A stretch of DNA of 64,000 nt from Alphaproteobacteria bacterium (GCA_965227515.1 CBDDFZ010000001.1:2144001-2208000); one strand, 5' to 3'. Shown: positions 1 to 10,235, counted from the stretch's first letter. Program-made: numbers and translations. The notes: generated by a model from the sequence alone, not told the origin.

Positions 1-2
1 TC

Positions 3-992
3 ACGTTCCCCCATATTGGTAACGTCGGGGCAAATGTCCAGGACCTGGAATCGACGACGCCGTTCGCGCGCGGGTGCATCCTGCGTTCCGCGATCACCGC
101 GCCGTCGAACTACCGTTCCGAGCAGGATCTCGGCGCGTGGCTGGCCTCCAACAACCTAGTCGGCCTCAGCGGGGTCGACACTCGCCGGCTGACCCGGCTG
201 ATACGGGATTCCGGCGCGCCCAGTGCCGCCATCGCCCACGACAAGGAGGGGCGGTTCGACCTGCCGACGCTCTACGAGACCGCATCGTCCTGGCCGGGCC
301 TGAAGGGCATGGACCTGGCCAAGGATGTGACCTGCCGCCAGACCTATAGCTGGGACGAGGCACGCTGGGCCTGGCCCGACGGCTTTGCCGCGCCGGCCGC
401 GCCGCGACGCCGCGTGGTCGCCATCGACTACGGCGCCAAGCGCAACATCCTGCGCTGCCTGGCCGGGTTGGGCTGCGAGCTGATCGTGGTGCCGGCCACC
501 GCCAGTGCCGAGGACGTGATGCGCCATAAGCCGGACGGCATCTTCCTGTCGAACGGCCCGGGCGATCCGGCGGCGACCGGCGCGTACGCGCTGCCGGTGC
601 TGCGGGAACTGATCGACACCGGGCTGCCGATCTTCGGCATCTGCCTGGGCCATCAGTTGCTGGCGCTGGCGCTGGGGGCGAAGACGGCGAAGATGGCCAT
701 CGGCCACCGCGGCGCCAACCATCCGGTGAAAGACCTAGTGACCGGCAAGGTGGAGATCACCAGCCAGAACCACGGCTTCGTGGTCGATGGCGCGGGGCTG
801 CCGGGCACGGTAGCAGTGACCCATGTGTCGCTGTTCGATGGGTCGATCTCCGGCATGCGTGCGGTCGACCGGCCGATCTTTTCTGTGCAATACCACCCCG
901 AGGCGAGCCCGGGCCCGCAGGACAGCCACTATCTGTTCAAGCGCTTCGTCGACATGATCGACGACCACAAGGGCACGGCCAGCGCTGCTTGA
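3..992 (+). CDS. carA: Carbamoyl-phosphate synthase small subunit (5'-truncated by window edge)
   Basis: Frame opens TFPHIGNVG at 3 and continues into the 309..992 ORF with DYGAKRNI, SNGPGDP, GICLGHQ (catalytic Cys), SQNHG and QYHPEASPGP. Confidence 0.97.
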   Translation, partial: TFPHIGNVGANVQDLESTTPFARGCILRSAITAPSNYRSEQDLGAWLASNNLVGLSGVDTRRLTRLIRDSGAPSAAIAHDKEGRFDLPTLYETASSWPGLKGMDLAKDVTCRQTYSWDEARWAWPDGFAAPAAPRRRVVAIDYGAKRNILRCLAGLGCELIVVPATASAEDVMRHKPDGIFLSNGPGDPAATGAYALPVLRELIDTGLPIFGICLGHQLLALALGAKTAKMAIGHRGANHPVKDLVTGKVEITSQNHGFVVDGAGLPGTVAVTHVSLFDGSISGMRAVDRPIFSVQYHPEASPGPQDSHYLFKRFVDMIDDHKGTASAA

Positions 993-1002
993 TTAGTCTT
1001 GG

Positions 1003-2829
1003 CTACCCGCCAACGGCTGGGATCGCGACGTCCTCGATCGTGAAGCGCACGCGCTCGCGGCCCTGCCAGCGATTGCGTTCCAGCTTGCCGACGACATCGA
1101 CGGTTGCGCCGATGCGTTCCATCAGCGTGGTGCCGATCGGCCCCGGCAGCGCGCGGAACGCCACCACGTCGAGGGTGCGGCCATCGTGTCCGCTCAGCCT
1201 GCACCGCAGGTGGGTCTGGTCGCGGCCCATCGGCCGCGCGTCGGCGACCATGGCATTCGACAGCATGAATTTCGGTGTCGGATTGCCGGCGCCGAACGGC
1301 CCAAGACGTTCCAGCTCGGTGGCGAGGTCCAGCGTGGCGCCGCCGACGGCGAGCCGGGCGTCATAGTCCACGCGCGGCGCCAGCGGCGTGTTGCCGAGCT
1401 GGTCGGCGATGCGCTCCTCGGCAAAGGCGCGGAAGTCGTCGGCGCGGTCGGCGTGCAGGGTCAGCCCCGCAGCCATCGCGTGGCCGCCGCCACCCTCCAC
1501 CAGCCCGGCCTGCCGGGCGGCGATGACGATGGCGCCCATGTCGACCCCGCTGACCGAGCGTCCCGAGGCCTTGATCACATCGCCGTCCTGGTTGCCGACG
1601 AAGGCCGGCCGGTGAAACCTGTCCTTCAGCCGTGCCGCCACGATGCCGACGATGCCCGCGTGCCATGCCGGATCGGCCACGAACAGCAGCCGTGCATCGG
1701 CCTCCGCCGCGCTCTCGCAGCGGGCCAGTGCCTGCTCCAGGGCCGCGGCCTCCAGCGCCTGGCGCTCGGCGTTCAGCCGGTTGAGGATTGAGGCCAGTTC
1801 CGCCGTGCGGTCGGCGGCATCGGTGCGCAGCAACTCTGCGCCAAGGCCGGCGGTGCCGACCCGCCCGCCGGCGTTGATGCGGGGGCCGATGACGAAACCG
1901 GCGTGATACGCGCCCGGCGCCTCGTCCAGGCGCGCGACATCGGCGAGGGCGGCGAAACCGGGATTGCCGCGCCCGGCGAGCACCTTCAGGCCCTGGCTGA
2001 CCAGCGCGCGGTTGATGCCGGTGAGTGGCACCACGTCGCACACCGTGCCGACCGCGACCAGGTCCAAGAGCGCGATCAGGTCGGGCTCCCTGGTGGTGGC
2101 GAAGTGGCCGCGCGTGCGCAGCGTGCGGTTGACCGCGACCGCGAGCATGAAGGCGAGGCCGACGGCGGCCATGTGGCCGAGGCCGCTGGTGTCGTCCAGC
2201 CGGTTCGGGTTGACCACGGCATCGGCGGCGGGCAGGCGGGCCTCCGACTTGTGGTGGTCGACCACGATGACGCCCAGGCCCAGCGCGCGGGCGTGATCCA
2301 GCGGCTCGAAGGCGGTCGCACCGCAATCGACCGTGACCACCAGCGAGGCCCCGCCTTCCATAAGCGCGGTCAGGGCCGCGGCATTGGGGCCGTAGCCCTC
2401 GCTCAGCCGGTCGGGAATGTAGACGGTCACGTTGCCGCCGGCCGCCGTGAGATAGCGGTACAGCAATGCCGAGGAGGTTGCCCCGTCGACGTCGTAGTCG
2501 CCGAAGATGGCGATCTTCTCGTGGCCGGCAACGGCGTCGGCGACCCGTGCGGCGGCCGCCTCCATGTCCTGCAGCACATGGGGGTCGGGCATCTGGTCGC
2601 GCAGCTTCGGGTCCAGGAATCCCGCCGCCTCGTCCAGGCCGATGCCACGCGCCGCCATCAACTCGGCGATCACGATCGGCACGCCGCAGCGCTGGGCCAG
2701 CGCCGCCGCCATCCGGTTCCGCGCCTCGGGCTCCAGTCCGCCGTCGCGCAAGCGCCACGTGCGCCCGGTCACCGATGCATGCGCCGATGGCACGCCGGAT
2801 TCAGTCTTCAGGAGAGGGGCCGCCGGCAT
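1003..2829 (-). CDS. recJ: Single-stranded-DNA-specific exonuclease RecJ
   Basis: DHH-family motifs GDYDVDG, TVDCG, VDHH, GPRINAGGR, GGGHAMAAG; C-terminal OB-fold with PFGAGNP. Confidence 0.97.
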   Translation of the reverse strand: MPAAPLLKTESGVPSAHASVTGRTWRLRDGGLEPEARNRMAAALAQRCGVPIVIAELMAARGIGLDEAAGFLDPKLRDQMPDPHVLQDMEAAAARVADAVAGHEKIAIFGDYDVDGATSSALLYRYLTAAGGNVTVYIPDRLSEGYGPNAAALTALMEGGASLVVTVDCGATAFEPLDHARALGLGVIVVDHHKSEARLPAADAVVNPNRLDDTSGLGHMAAVGLAFMLAVAVNRTLRTRGHFATTREPDLIALLDLVAVGTVCDVVPLTGINRALVSQGLKVLAGRGNPGFAALADVARLDEAPGAYHAGFVIGPRINAGGRVGTAGLGAELLRTDAADRTAELASILNRLNAERQALEAAALEQALARCESAAEADARLLFVADPAWHAGIVGIVAARLKDRFHRPAFVGNQDGDVIKASGRSVSGVDMGAIVIAARQAGLVEGGGGHAMAAGLTLHADRADDFRAFAEERIADQLGNTPLAPRVDYDARLAVGGATLDLATELERLGPFGAGNPTPKFMLSNAMVADARPMGRDQTHLRCRLSGHDGRTLDVVAFRALPGPIGTTLMERIGATVDVVGKLERNRWQGRERVRFTIEDVAIPAVGG

Positions 2830-2832
2830 GAC

Positions 2833-3831
2833 CTAACGGAACGTCGGGTCGAATTTCTGCTTCAGGGCGAAGCGGTGGGTCGCCTGCACCTCACGCACGG
2901 TGCCGGACTTGGAGCGCATGACCAGCGAGTGGGTCTTGGCGCCGCCCGAGTAGCGCCGCACGCCGCGCAACAGCGCGCCATCGGTCACGCCGGTGGCGGC
3001 GAACATGACATTGCCGTCGGCCAGGTCGGTCAAAGTGTAGATGCGGTCGAGGTCGGTGATGCCGCACTTGTCGGCGCGCGCCTTCTCGTCGTCGTTGCGG
3101 AACACCAGCCGGCCCTGCATTTGGCCGCCGATGCAGCGCAGCGCGGCCGCACCCAGCACGCCCTCCGGCGCGCCGCCGGTGCCGAGATAGATGTCGACGC
3201 CGCTGTCCGGCAACGTGGTCGCGATGACGCCGGCGACGTCGCCATCCGGGATCAGCATGATGCGCGCGCCGGATGCGCGCACGTCGTTGATCAAGTGCTC
3301 GTGGCGCGGCCGGTCCAGGATGCAGACCAGCAGGTCCTCGATGTCCTTGTTGCTGGCCTTCGCCAGCAGCGACAGGGTTTCGCCCACCGGCCGATCGAGA
3401 TCGGCAATGTCGGCGGGCAGGTCGCCGCCGATGGCGATCTTCTGCATGTAGACGTCGGGCGAATGCAGGAAGCCGCCTTCCTCGGCCAGCGCGATCACGG
3501 CCATCGCGTTATAGCCGCCCTTGGCGGTGATGGTGGTGCCTTCCAGGGGATCGAGCGCGATGTCGATACGGGGGCCAGCGCCCATGCCCACTTCCTCGCC
3601 GACGTAGAGCATCGGCGCCTCGTCGCGCTCGCCCTCGCCGATAACGACCTTGCCCCGGATCGCCAGCCCGTTCAGCGCCCGCCGCATGGCATCGACTGCG
3701 GCCTGGTCGGCCGTCTTCTCGTCGCCCCGGCCCATCTGGCGGGATGCGGCCAGCGCGGCCGCCTCGGTCACCCGCACGGCCTCCAGCGCCAGGTTGCGGT
3801 CGCTCTGCAGCGCGGTGGTGTTGTCAGGCAT
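2833..3831 (-). CDS. glpX: Fructose-1,6-bisphosphatase class II
   Basis: VIGEGERDEAPMLY, DPLEGT, DGDV, GGAPEGV, FAATGVTDG motifs; start moved to ATG at 3831, which has GGAG upstream. Confidence 0.96.
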   Translation of the reverse strand: MPDNTTALQSDRNLALEAVRVTEAAALAASRQMGRGDEKTADQAAVDAMRRALNGLAIRGKVVIGEGERDEAPMLYVGEEVGMGAGPRIDIALDPLEGTTITAKGGYNAMAVIALAEEGGFLHSPDVYMQKIAIGGDLPADIADLDRPVGETLSLLAKASNKDIEDLLVCILDRPRHEHLINDVRASGARIMLIPDGDVAGVIATTLPDSGVDIYLGTGGAPEGVLGAAALRCIGGQMQGRLVFRNDDEKARADKCGITDLDRIYTLTDLADGNVMFAATGVTDGALLRGVRRYSGGAKTHSLVMRSKSGTVREVQATHRFALKQKFDPTFR

Positions 3832-3954
3832 GAAAGACTCCGGCGGACACGTTCTTGCTCGCGCAATCATACAGTCTTGAACGCCAACCGCAGCGCCGGA
3901 GTCATGTGAACGTTTTCAGTCGGGCGGGCAGCCGTGCGGCCGGCAGTGGCGCCG

Positions 3955-4164
3955 TCACGGCGCGAAAGGCTCGCCCTCCGCATTCAGATTGTCACAATTG
4001 TGCGCGCTCTCGCAGGCGTTGCGTGCCAGGTTCTCGACCAGCCCGGCGAAGAAGTCGCCGACGTCGCGATCGGCACAGCCGCTCAACGGACCGTCGGCAA
4101 GCACCACGGCGCACAGCGTTCGCCGTGGTCCCCAGGGCGCGCGCTGGCGGTCAGTACTGGGCAT
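3955..4164 (-). CDS. Possible small lipoprotein
   Basis: Short ORF with lipobox-like LSGC and a C-terminal Cys pair (ACESAHNC); its ATG overlaps the stop of the upstream secreted-protein gene. The signal region is weak. Confidence 0.35.
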   Translation of the reverse strand: MPSTDRQRAPWGPRRTLCAVVLADGPLSGCADRDVGDFFAGLVENLARNACESAHNCDNLNAEGEPFAP

Positions 4165-5179
4165 TGGTCCAGGCGAACAGCGAGAACGACCACACTTCGC
4201 CCGCAGCGCTGAACGTGCCGCGCGCATCGTAGCGCTCGATCAGCGTCTGGCCGGTCTCGGCGTCGATGATCAGGGCGCCGGAGCCGGTAATGTCGCCCCA
4301 GGTTGCCGAGATATCCAGCCCCACCACGAGATTGCTTCGCGGGACATTGGTCGCCGTGCCGAGCGTGGTGCCGCGAACGGTCAAGCCATGGTTCTCGAAC
4401 GGCAACGGATAGGTGACCGTGAAGACGCCGGCGCCGGGCAAATACCCACGGCCCGACACCGCGTGCGGCTGGAGAATGCGTCCCACCAGCCCGACCAGGG
4501 TGTCATTCGCCGTTGACCACTGCGGGGGCACGCCGCCCTGGCAGCATTGCAAATTGCCCGCATTGTTGGATGTGCCGGACAGGCCCTGCATGACCTGTGT
4601 CAGGCAGCCCAGATATTGGCACCAGCGGGCCTCGATACTGTGAATCTGGACCGCGCGCTGCACGGTGCCGGCGCCCATGGCACCGACGCCGGCGGTGCCG
4701 CTGGACGTGAACGACCAGGCATAGGACGCGCCGGTTTGCGTGGAACGCACATCGATCTGCACGTTCTCCTGCAGCCAGAAGCTGGGCAGAGCCGCGCCAC
4801 CCACAGCTATCGGTGCGTTGTGCGGCACCACCACGAAGCGCGGCAGATATGGGATCTGCAGGCGGTTGTCGGGCGCCTGGCCCGGCCACTGCGGGTTCGG
4901 CGTCTGAAACTGCGGACCCTGAAATTGCGGAATCTGCAGCGGCGCGCCGGCGCCCTGCCCAGGCTGCTGCGGCGGATCGGGCACCTCATGGCAAACCGGC
5001 TCGCCGCCGATATTGGTCGTGCAGATTTCCGCGACCGGATGCAGGAACACCGAAGGACCGGTGGCCACGCCGTCGCCCATCAGCCCCAGGGCGTGCGGTT
5101 CGGCCGACGCAGCACCGCCGGACGCGAGGCCCAGCAGCACGGCAAACGCAAAGGCATGGGGTCCACGGCGGATGTTCAT
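4151..5179 (-). CDS. Hypothetical secreted protein with Pro/Gln-rich linker
   Basis: Sec signal peptide (AFAFAVLLGLASGGAASA|EP), PQ-rich segment, several Cys pairs, beta-rich C-terminus; no family recognised. Confidence 0.75.
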   Translation of the reverse strand: MNIRRGPHAFAFAVLLGLASGGAASAEPHALGLMGDGVATGPSVFLHPVAEICTTNIGGEPVCHEVPDPPQQPGQGAGAPLQIPQFQGPQFQTPNPQWPGQAPDNRLQIPYLPRFVVVPHNAPIAVGGAALPSFWLQENVQIDVRSTQTGASYAWSFTSSGTAGVGAMGAGTVQRAVQIHSIEARWCQYLGCLTQVMQGLSGTSNNAGNLQCCQGGVPPQWSTANDTLVGLVGRILQPHAVSGRGYLPGAGVFTVTYPLPFENHGLTVRGTTLGTATNVPRSNLVVGLDISATWGDITGSGALIIDAETGQTLIERYDARGTFSAAGEVWSFSLFAWTNAQY

Positions 5180-5323
5180 TCAGGCAACTCCCTTGGCAGT
5201 GCAGCCGGCATGGCGGTCGTGGGCGAAGCTGAGCCGCGGATTCTGGCCAGAATGTGGTGCCGGCGCTGCGACCACGGGCGGCAACGCCGGCATCGGCATC
5301 CTGTCAGTACAGGTCCGGCGTTC

Positions 5324-6568
5324 TCAGTCGACGTCGATGATCCCGACCTCGACGTACTCGCCGCCTTCCAGGCCGAACTGGCCGATCACACCGGCAACGT
5401 CGCCGTTCTCGTCGAAATCATGGGGCCCGGACACACCATTGTAGTCAATGTCGGTGCCGGCCGCGATCAGCTCCACCGCCTTCGCCCACTCGCCGGGTTC
5501 GATGATCTCGCCGGGCGGGTTGGCGACCATGCGCAGCGCGTCGCGCACCGCGGTGCGGTCTGTGGAGCCGGCCTGCTCGATGGCGAGCGCGATCAGGAAC
5601 GTCGCGTCATAGGTCTGCTGGATGAAGAACTTGTCGTCGGTGCTCTCGTAGGCGGCCGCATAGTTCGCTTCAAACTTCTCGCCAGCGCTCGATTCAGGCG
5701 GCGAGGTCGGCGACGTGAACATGATGCCTTCCAGGTTCTCCGCCCCGATCTCCTCGATCAGCAAGTTGTCGCGCAGGCCGTCGGTGCCGATGAAGCGGTC
5801 GAAGAAGCCGTTCTCCAGCGACTGGCGCACGATGGTGATGCCGCTGCCGGCGGCATAGGCGATCAGCACCAGCGCCTGGGCATCGCCGGCACCGGAGAGC
5901 GTCGCCAGCTCGGAGCGGTAGGAGCTCTTGTCCGGCTCATGCACCTGGTCGCCGGTGATGGTGCCGCCCGCAGCGGTGAACGCATCGCGGAAGGTGGAGG
6001 CGATGCCAACGCCGTAGTCGTTGTTCACATAGGTCAGCGCCACGGTGTCGATGCCGTTGTCGAGCAGCATCTTGGCCAGCGCGATGCCCTGGAAGTCATC
6101 GCTGGGAATGACACGGAACAGGAAGTCGTTGTCTTCCATATTGGTCATTTCCGGCGACGTGGAGGTGGGCGACACCTGCAGCACGCCGGAGGGGATGGTC
6201 ACCGCGTTGGCGGCCGCGATGGTAGCGCCGCTGGCCAGCGCGCCCATGATAGCGGCCACGTTGTCGACATTGACCAGCTTGTTGGCGGCGTCCACTGCGC
6301 CCTGCGCGGTCGCCTGGCTGTCGCCGACCACCAGAACCAGCTCGTTTCCGCCCAGAATGCCGCCCTGAGCGTTCACCTCGTCCACCGCCAGCACGGCGGC
6401 GTCCATGATGGGCGGAATGAAGCTGGCGAGGTCGCCGGTCACGCCCATCAGGGCGCCGAGGTTCACATCCTCGGCCGCGGCCGGCGTCGCGGTGGCCGCC
6501 GCAACGCACGCCAGCGCGGTTCCCGCGATCAGCATCTGCCGGCGCTTGGCCTGGTTCGATTTCAACAT
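5324..6568 (-). CDS. ABC transporter substrate-binding protein, branched-chain amino acid (LivJ/HAAT-like) family
   Basis: Signal peptide; AVDEVNAQGGILG, QVSPTSTSP, FLFRVIPSD, YVNNDYG, YDATFL; AGGGGAG RBS before ATG 6568. Confidence 0.92.
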   Translation of the reverse strand: MLKSNQAKRRQMLIAGTALACVAAATATPAAAEDVNLGALMGVTGDLASFIPPIMDAAVLAVDEVNAQGGILGGNELVLVVGDSQATAQGAVDAANKLVNVDNVAAIMGALASGATIAAANAVTIPSGVLQVSPTSTSPEMTNMEDNDFLFRVIPSDDFQGIALAKMLLDNGIDTVALTYVNNDYGVGIASTFRDAFTAAGGTITGDQVHEPDKSSYRSELATLSGAGDAQALVLIAYAAGSGITIVRQSLENGFFDRFIGTDGLRDNLLIEEIGAENLEGIMFTSPTSPPESSAGEKFEANYAAAYESTDDKFFIQQTYDATFLIALAIEQAGSTDRTAVRDALRMVANPPGEIIEPGEWAKAVELIAAGTDIDYNGVSGPHDFDENGDVAGVIGQFGLEGGEYVEVGIIDVD

Positions 6569-6765
6569 TGGGTTTCTCCCCCTGGCGATGCGCCGATCCA
6601 TAGGCCGCCGCACCCGTGAAACGTTGGCCGGATGGTAGAATGGGTACGCCGAATCCTCAAGTGAGAGCGCGGTGGCGCGCGGGCGCGCAACAAACCCCTC
6701 GACTCGCGGTTCCATTGTAACTATCCAGTTACTTTCGGTGCCATTCCCCGTACGGAGACTGAAAC

Positions 6766-8292
6766 GTGCCTGCCGAAGTTGCCGAACTGACACCGGACGA
6801 AATCGCCGCGCGCATTCCCGACGACGCCACGATGGCGCTGACCGGCGCCGGCATCTTCCTGGAGCCCGACGAGATCTTCGCCGCCATCGAGCGGCGGTTC
6901 CTGGAGACCGGGCACCCGCGCAACCTGACCCTGATCCACGCGCTCGGCATCGGCGACAATGGCGACAGCGGCATGAACCGGTTCGCCCACGAGGGCATGG
7001 TCTCGTGCGTCATCGGCGGGCATTGGAGCTGGTCGAAGCCGATGCAGGAGCTGGCGCGGGATAACAAGATCGAGGCCTACTCGTTTCCCGGCGGCGCCAT
7101 CTCCATCCTGTTGCGCGAGATCGGGGCGAAGCGGCCGGGCGCCATCACCCGCATCGGGCTCGGCACCTTTGCCGACCCCCGGGTCAGTGGCGGTCGGTGC
7201 AACGCGCGCGCCGGGCGCGATCTGGTGGAGGTCGTCACCTTCGACGGCATGGAGTACCTGCGCTACAAGCCGCACAAGATCGACATCGCCGTCGTGCGCG
7301 GCACCGCGGCCGACCCGCGCGGCAACATCACCTTCAACCGCGAGCCGGCCGACCTGGATGCCTATGCCGTGGCGCTGGCCGCGCACAATTGCGGCGGCAC
7401 CGTCTATGCCCAGGTCGAGAGCCGTCATGAGGGGCGCATCCTGCCGGCCCGCATGGCGCGGCTGCCCGGCATCCTGGTCGATGCGGTGACCGTCAGGCCC
7501 GACGCGCGCAAGACCTATCTCGATGGCTACGATGCGCACCTGGCCGGTGAGGTGCCGACCAACCCCAACGGCGTCGCGGAGATGGAGATGCCGACCGGCG
7601 TGCGCCGGCTGATCGCCGAGCGCGCGGCGAAGGAGATCACCAAGCGCCCGCCGCCGCCGAACGGCCGCCCGTGGTCGGTCAATTTCGGCTACGGCATCCC
7701 TGGCGGCATCCCGGCGCTGCTGCATGCCCAGGGCAAGGCCGACTATTGGGGCACCATCGAGCAGGGCATCCACAACGGGCGGATGATGGACGGGCCGATG
7801 TTCGGCTCCGCCCGCGACGCCGACGCGATCATCCCCTCAATCGACCAGTTCGACTTCTATTCCGGCGGCGGCATCGACATGGCCTTCCTCGGCATGGGCG
7901 AGATGGACGAGCACGGCAACGTCAACGTGTCGATGATCGGCGACCTGCTGGTGGGGCCGGGCGGCTTCGTCGACATCACCCAGACCGCGCAGGAAGTGGT
8001 GTTCTGCGGCACGTTCGAAGCCAAGGGCCTGAAGGTCGCGGCCGGCGACGACGGCAACCTCAGCATCGAGCGCTATGGCGACGTGCCGAAACTGGTGCGC
8101 GCGGTGCGCCACATCACGTTCTCCGGCGCCCAGGCGCGAGTGAACGGGCAGCAGGTGCTCTATGTCACCGAGCGCGCGGTGTTCCGCCTCGGCGCCGAGC
8201 ACATCGAGCTGATCGAGCTTGCGCCCGGCATCGACCTGGAGCGCGACGTGCTCGCCCGCATGGAGTTCCGGCCCGAGGTGGTGTTGTCGTAA
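6766..8292 (+). CDS. Acyl-CoA:acetate/3-ketoacid CoA-transferase (YdiF/Pct-type family I, fused subunits)
   Basis: IGGHW, GLGTFADPR, NFGYGIP, TIEQG (catalytic Glu), GNVNVS, GPGGFVDI, YVTERAVF. Confidence 0.93.
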   Translation: MPAEVAELTPDEIAARIPDDATMALTGAGIFLEPDEIFAAIERRFLETGHPRNLTLIHALGIGDNGDSGMNRFAHEGMVSCVIGGHWSWSKPMQELARDNKIEAYSFPGGAISILLREIGAKRPGAITRIGLGTFADPRVSGGRCNARAGRDLVEVVTFDGMEYLRYKPHKIDIAVVRGTAADPRGNITFNREPADLDAYAVALAAHNCGGTVYAQVESRHEGRILPARMARLPGILVDAVTVRPDARKTYLDGYDAHLAGEVPTNPNGVAEMEMPTGVRRLIAERAAKEITKRPPPPNGRPWSVNFGYGIPGGIPALLHAQGKADYWGTIEQGIHNGRMMDGPMFGSARDADAIIPSIDQFDFYSGGGIDMAFLGMGEMDEHGNVNVSMIGDLLVGPGGFVDITQTAQEVVFCGTFEAKGLKVAAGDDGNLSIERYGDVPKLVRAVRHITFSGAQARVNGQQVLYVTERAVFRLGAEHIELIELAPGIDLERDVLARMEFRPEVVLS

Positions 8293-8336
8293 AGGATGCT
8301 TGCCGGTCCAGGCACTCATCTTGCACGCTTGGGGGC

Positions 8337-9020
8337 ATGCAACTCACGCCGGACCTCGTCAAGCTGAGCATCAGGCCCGAGCCCGACCTGGGCCCGGAGC
8401 CGAGCTGGATAGAACTCACCGAGCAGGAACTTGACGCATTCTCCCGCGAGGTCGATGCCGCGTGCGGTGCGGACCCGCTTTGGGTCTTCGCCTACGGCTC
8501 GCTAATCTGGAAGCATGCCTTCGACCCGGTGGAGGGTATCCGTGCCACCGCCCACGGCTGGCACCGCGCGTTCTGCCTGCGCATGCGGCGCTGGCGCGGC
8601 TCGCCGGACCAGCCGGGCCTGATGATGGCGCTGATGCCGGGCGGGCGCTGCGACGGCATCGCCTACCGGCTGCCGGACGAGGACCGCCTGGAGCAGATCA
8701 GGCGGGTGCTGTACCGCGAGGTGCGGTTCCAGCAGACACGCCACATGCTGCGCTGGGTGCACCTGCGGACCGCGCGCGGGCCGATGCGCGCGCTGACGTT
8801 CTGGGCCGGGCCGACCGGCGAGCGGGTTGCGCCGAAGCAGCCGTTGGAGGAAGTGGCGCGCGTCCTGGCGCGGGCGTGCGGGCCTGCGGGCTCGTGCGCC
8901 GAGTACCTCTACAACACGGTCCTCCACCTCGCCGAGCACGACATCCGCGACCGCAACCTCTGGCGCCTGCAGGAACTGGTCGCGCGGGAGATCGCGGCGC
9001 TGCATGGAGGTCGCGACTAG
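8337..9020 (+). CDS. chaC: ChaC-family gamma-glutamylcyclotransferase
   Basis: WVFAYGSLIW, RGSPDQPGL, GSCAEYLYNT motifs; start moved to ATG 8337. Confidence 0.9.
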   Translation: MQLTPDLVKLSIRPEPDLGPEPSWIELTEQELDAFSREVDAACGADPLWVFAYGSLIWKHAFDPVEGIRATAHGWHRAFCLRMRRWRGSPDQPGLMMALMPGGRCDGIAYRLPDEDRLEQIRRVLYREVRFQQTRHMLRWVHLRTARGPMRALTFWAGPTGERVAPKQPLEEVARVLARACGPAGSCAEYLYNTVLHLAEHDIRDRNLWRLQELVAREIAALHGGRD

Positions 9021-9070
9021 GCGGCGTGTCTGTTCGTTTAGTGAACGGTACGTGGCGGCCACTTACTGGC

Positions 9071-9190
9071 TCGTCATGCCCGCACTTGCGGAGCCTGTCC
9101 TTGGACCTGATCCGAGGAGGCATTCACGTCTTTTTTGGCCGCTAAAGCGGCCATTCTCGTGGATGGTCGGGACAAGCCCGACCATGACGA
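9071..9190. repeat. CGTC-type REP doublet (REPIN), family A, copy 1
   Basis: TCGTCATG...CATGACGA ends, internal GGCCGCT-AAAGCGGCC hairpin; near-identical to 23930..24020 apart from a short insert. Lies between convergent genes. Confidence 0.85.
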
Positions 9191-9221
9191 CAGTGTTTGA
9201 TTTCAATGTGTTGCGTTGTCA

Positions 9222-10235
9222 TTACCCCACGCGGATCACGATCTTGCCGAGGTGGTCGGCGGTGCGCATCCGGCGGTAGGCTTCGCGGGCATCCTCGAAC
9301 GGGACAACGTGGTCAATCACCGGCTGCAGCTGCTGGCTGGCGATGGCGCGGTTCATCTGCTCGAACATGCGGCGCGGGCCGACATAGATGCCGCGCACGG
9401 TCAGCGACTTACGCATGATGTCGGTGGGCACGATTTCGCCGCCGGCGCCGGTCAGGATGCCGATCAGCGAGACTTGGCCGCCGACGCGGGTGGCGGCGAT
9501 CGACTTCTGCAAAGTGCCCGGGCCGCCGACCTCGACCACGCGGTCGACGCCGATGCCGCCGGTCGCCTCCATCACCGCGCGATCCCAGTCCGGCGTGGTG
9601 CGGTAGTTGATCGCGACGTCGGCGCCCATCGCGCGCATGCGGTCCAGCTTGTCGTCGCTGGACGAGGTGACGATGCTGCGCGCGCCCATCATGTCGCAGA
9701 ACTGCTGGGCGAAAACCGACACGCCGCCGGTGCCGAGCAGCAGCACGGTCTCGCCTGGCAGGACGGGCGCCGGCTGGGTCAGCGCATGCCAGGCGGTCAG
9801 CGCGGCGCAGGGCAGGGTGGCGGCCTGCGCGAAGTCCAGATGCGGTGGTATTTGCACGACGCCGCCGGCCGACAGCACCACCTCCTCGGCCAGCACGCCA
9901 TCGAGCGCGCCGCCCAGCGCGGACGCCATCGCCCCGGTGGAGCACGGCCCGGCCTCCCACCGCTGGAAGAAGCAGCTCGCCACCCGGTCGCCGACCGAGA
10001 CGCCCTCGACGCCTGGCCCGACAGCGGTCACCTCGCCGGCGCAATCGGAATTCGGCACCAGCGGATAGACCAGCTTGCGCGCCACCGGGTCCTCGATGGT
10101 GGCGAGATCGCGGTAGTTGATCGCGCTGGCATGCACCCGCACCGCGACCTGACCGGCCCCCGGCTCGGGCGATGCCCGCTCCGCCAGATGAAGCGCGTCG
10201 ACGCCGCCGTCGGATACGATTTCCCATGCGCGCAT
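9222..10235 (-). CDS. NAD(P)-dependent alcohol dehydrogenase / quinone oxidoreductase-like MDR
   Basis: INYRD, PNSDCAGEV, LPCAALTAW, LGTGGVS, HLGKIVI; start moved to ATG 10235. Confidence 0.9.
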   Translation of the reverse strand: MRAWEIVSDGGVDALHLAERASPEPGAGQVAVRVHASAINYRDLATIEDPVARKLVYPLVPNSDCAGEVTAVGPGVEGVSVGDRVASCFFQRWEAGPCSTGAMASALGGALDGVLAEEVVLSAGGVVQIPPHLDFAQAATLPCAALTAWHALTQPAPVLPGETVLLLGTGGVSVFAQQFCDMMGARSIVTSSSDDKLDRMRAMGADVAINYRTTPDWDRAVMEATGGIGVDRVVEVGGPGTLQKSIAATRVGGQVSLIGILTGAGGEIVPTDIMRKSLTVRGIYVGPRRMFEQMNRAIASQQLQPVIDHVVPFEDAREAYRRMRTADHLGKIVIRVG

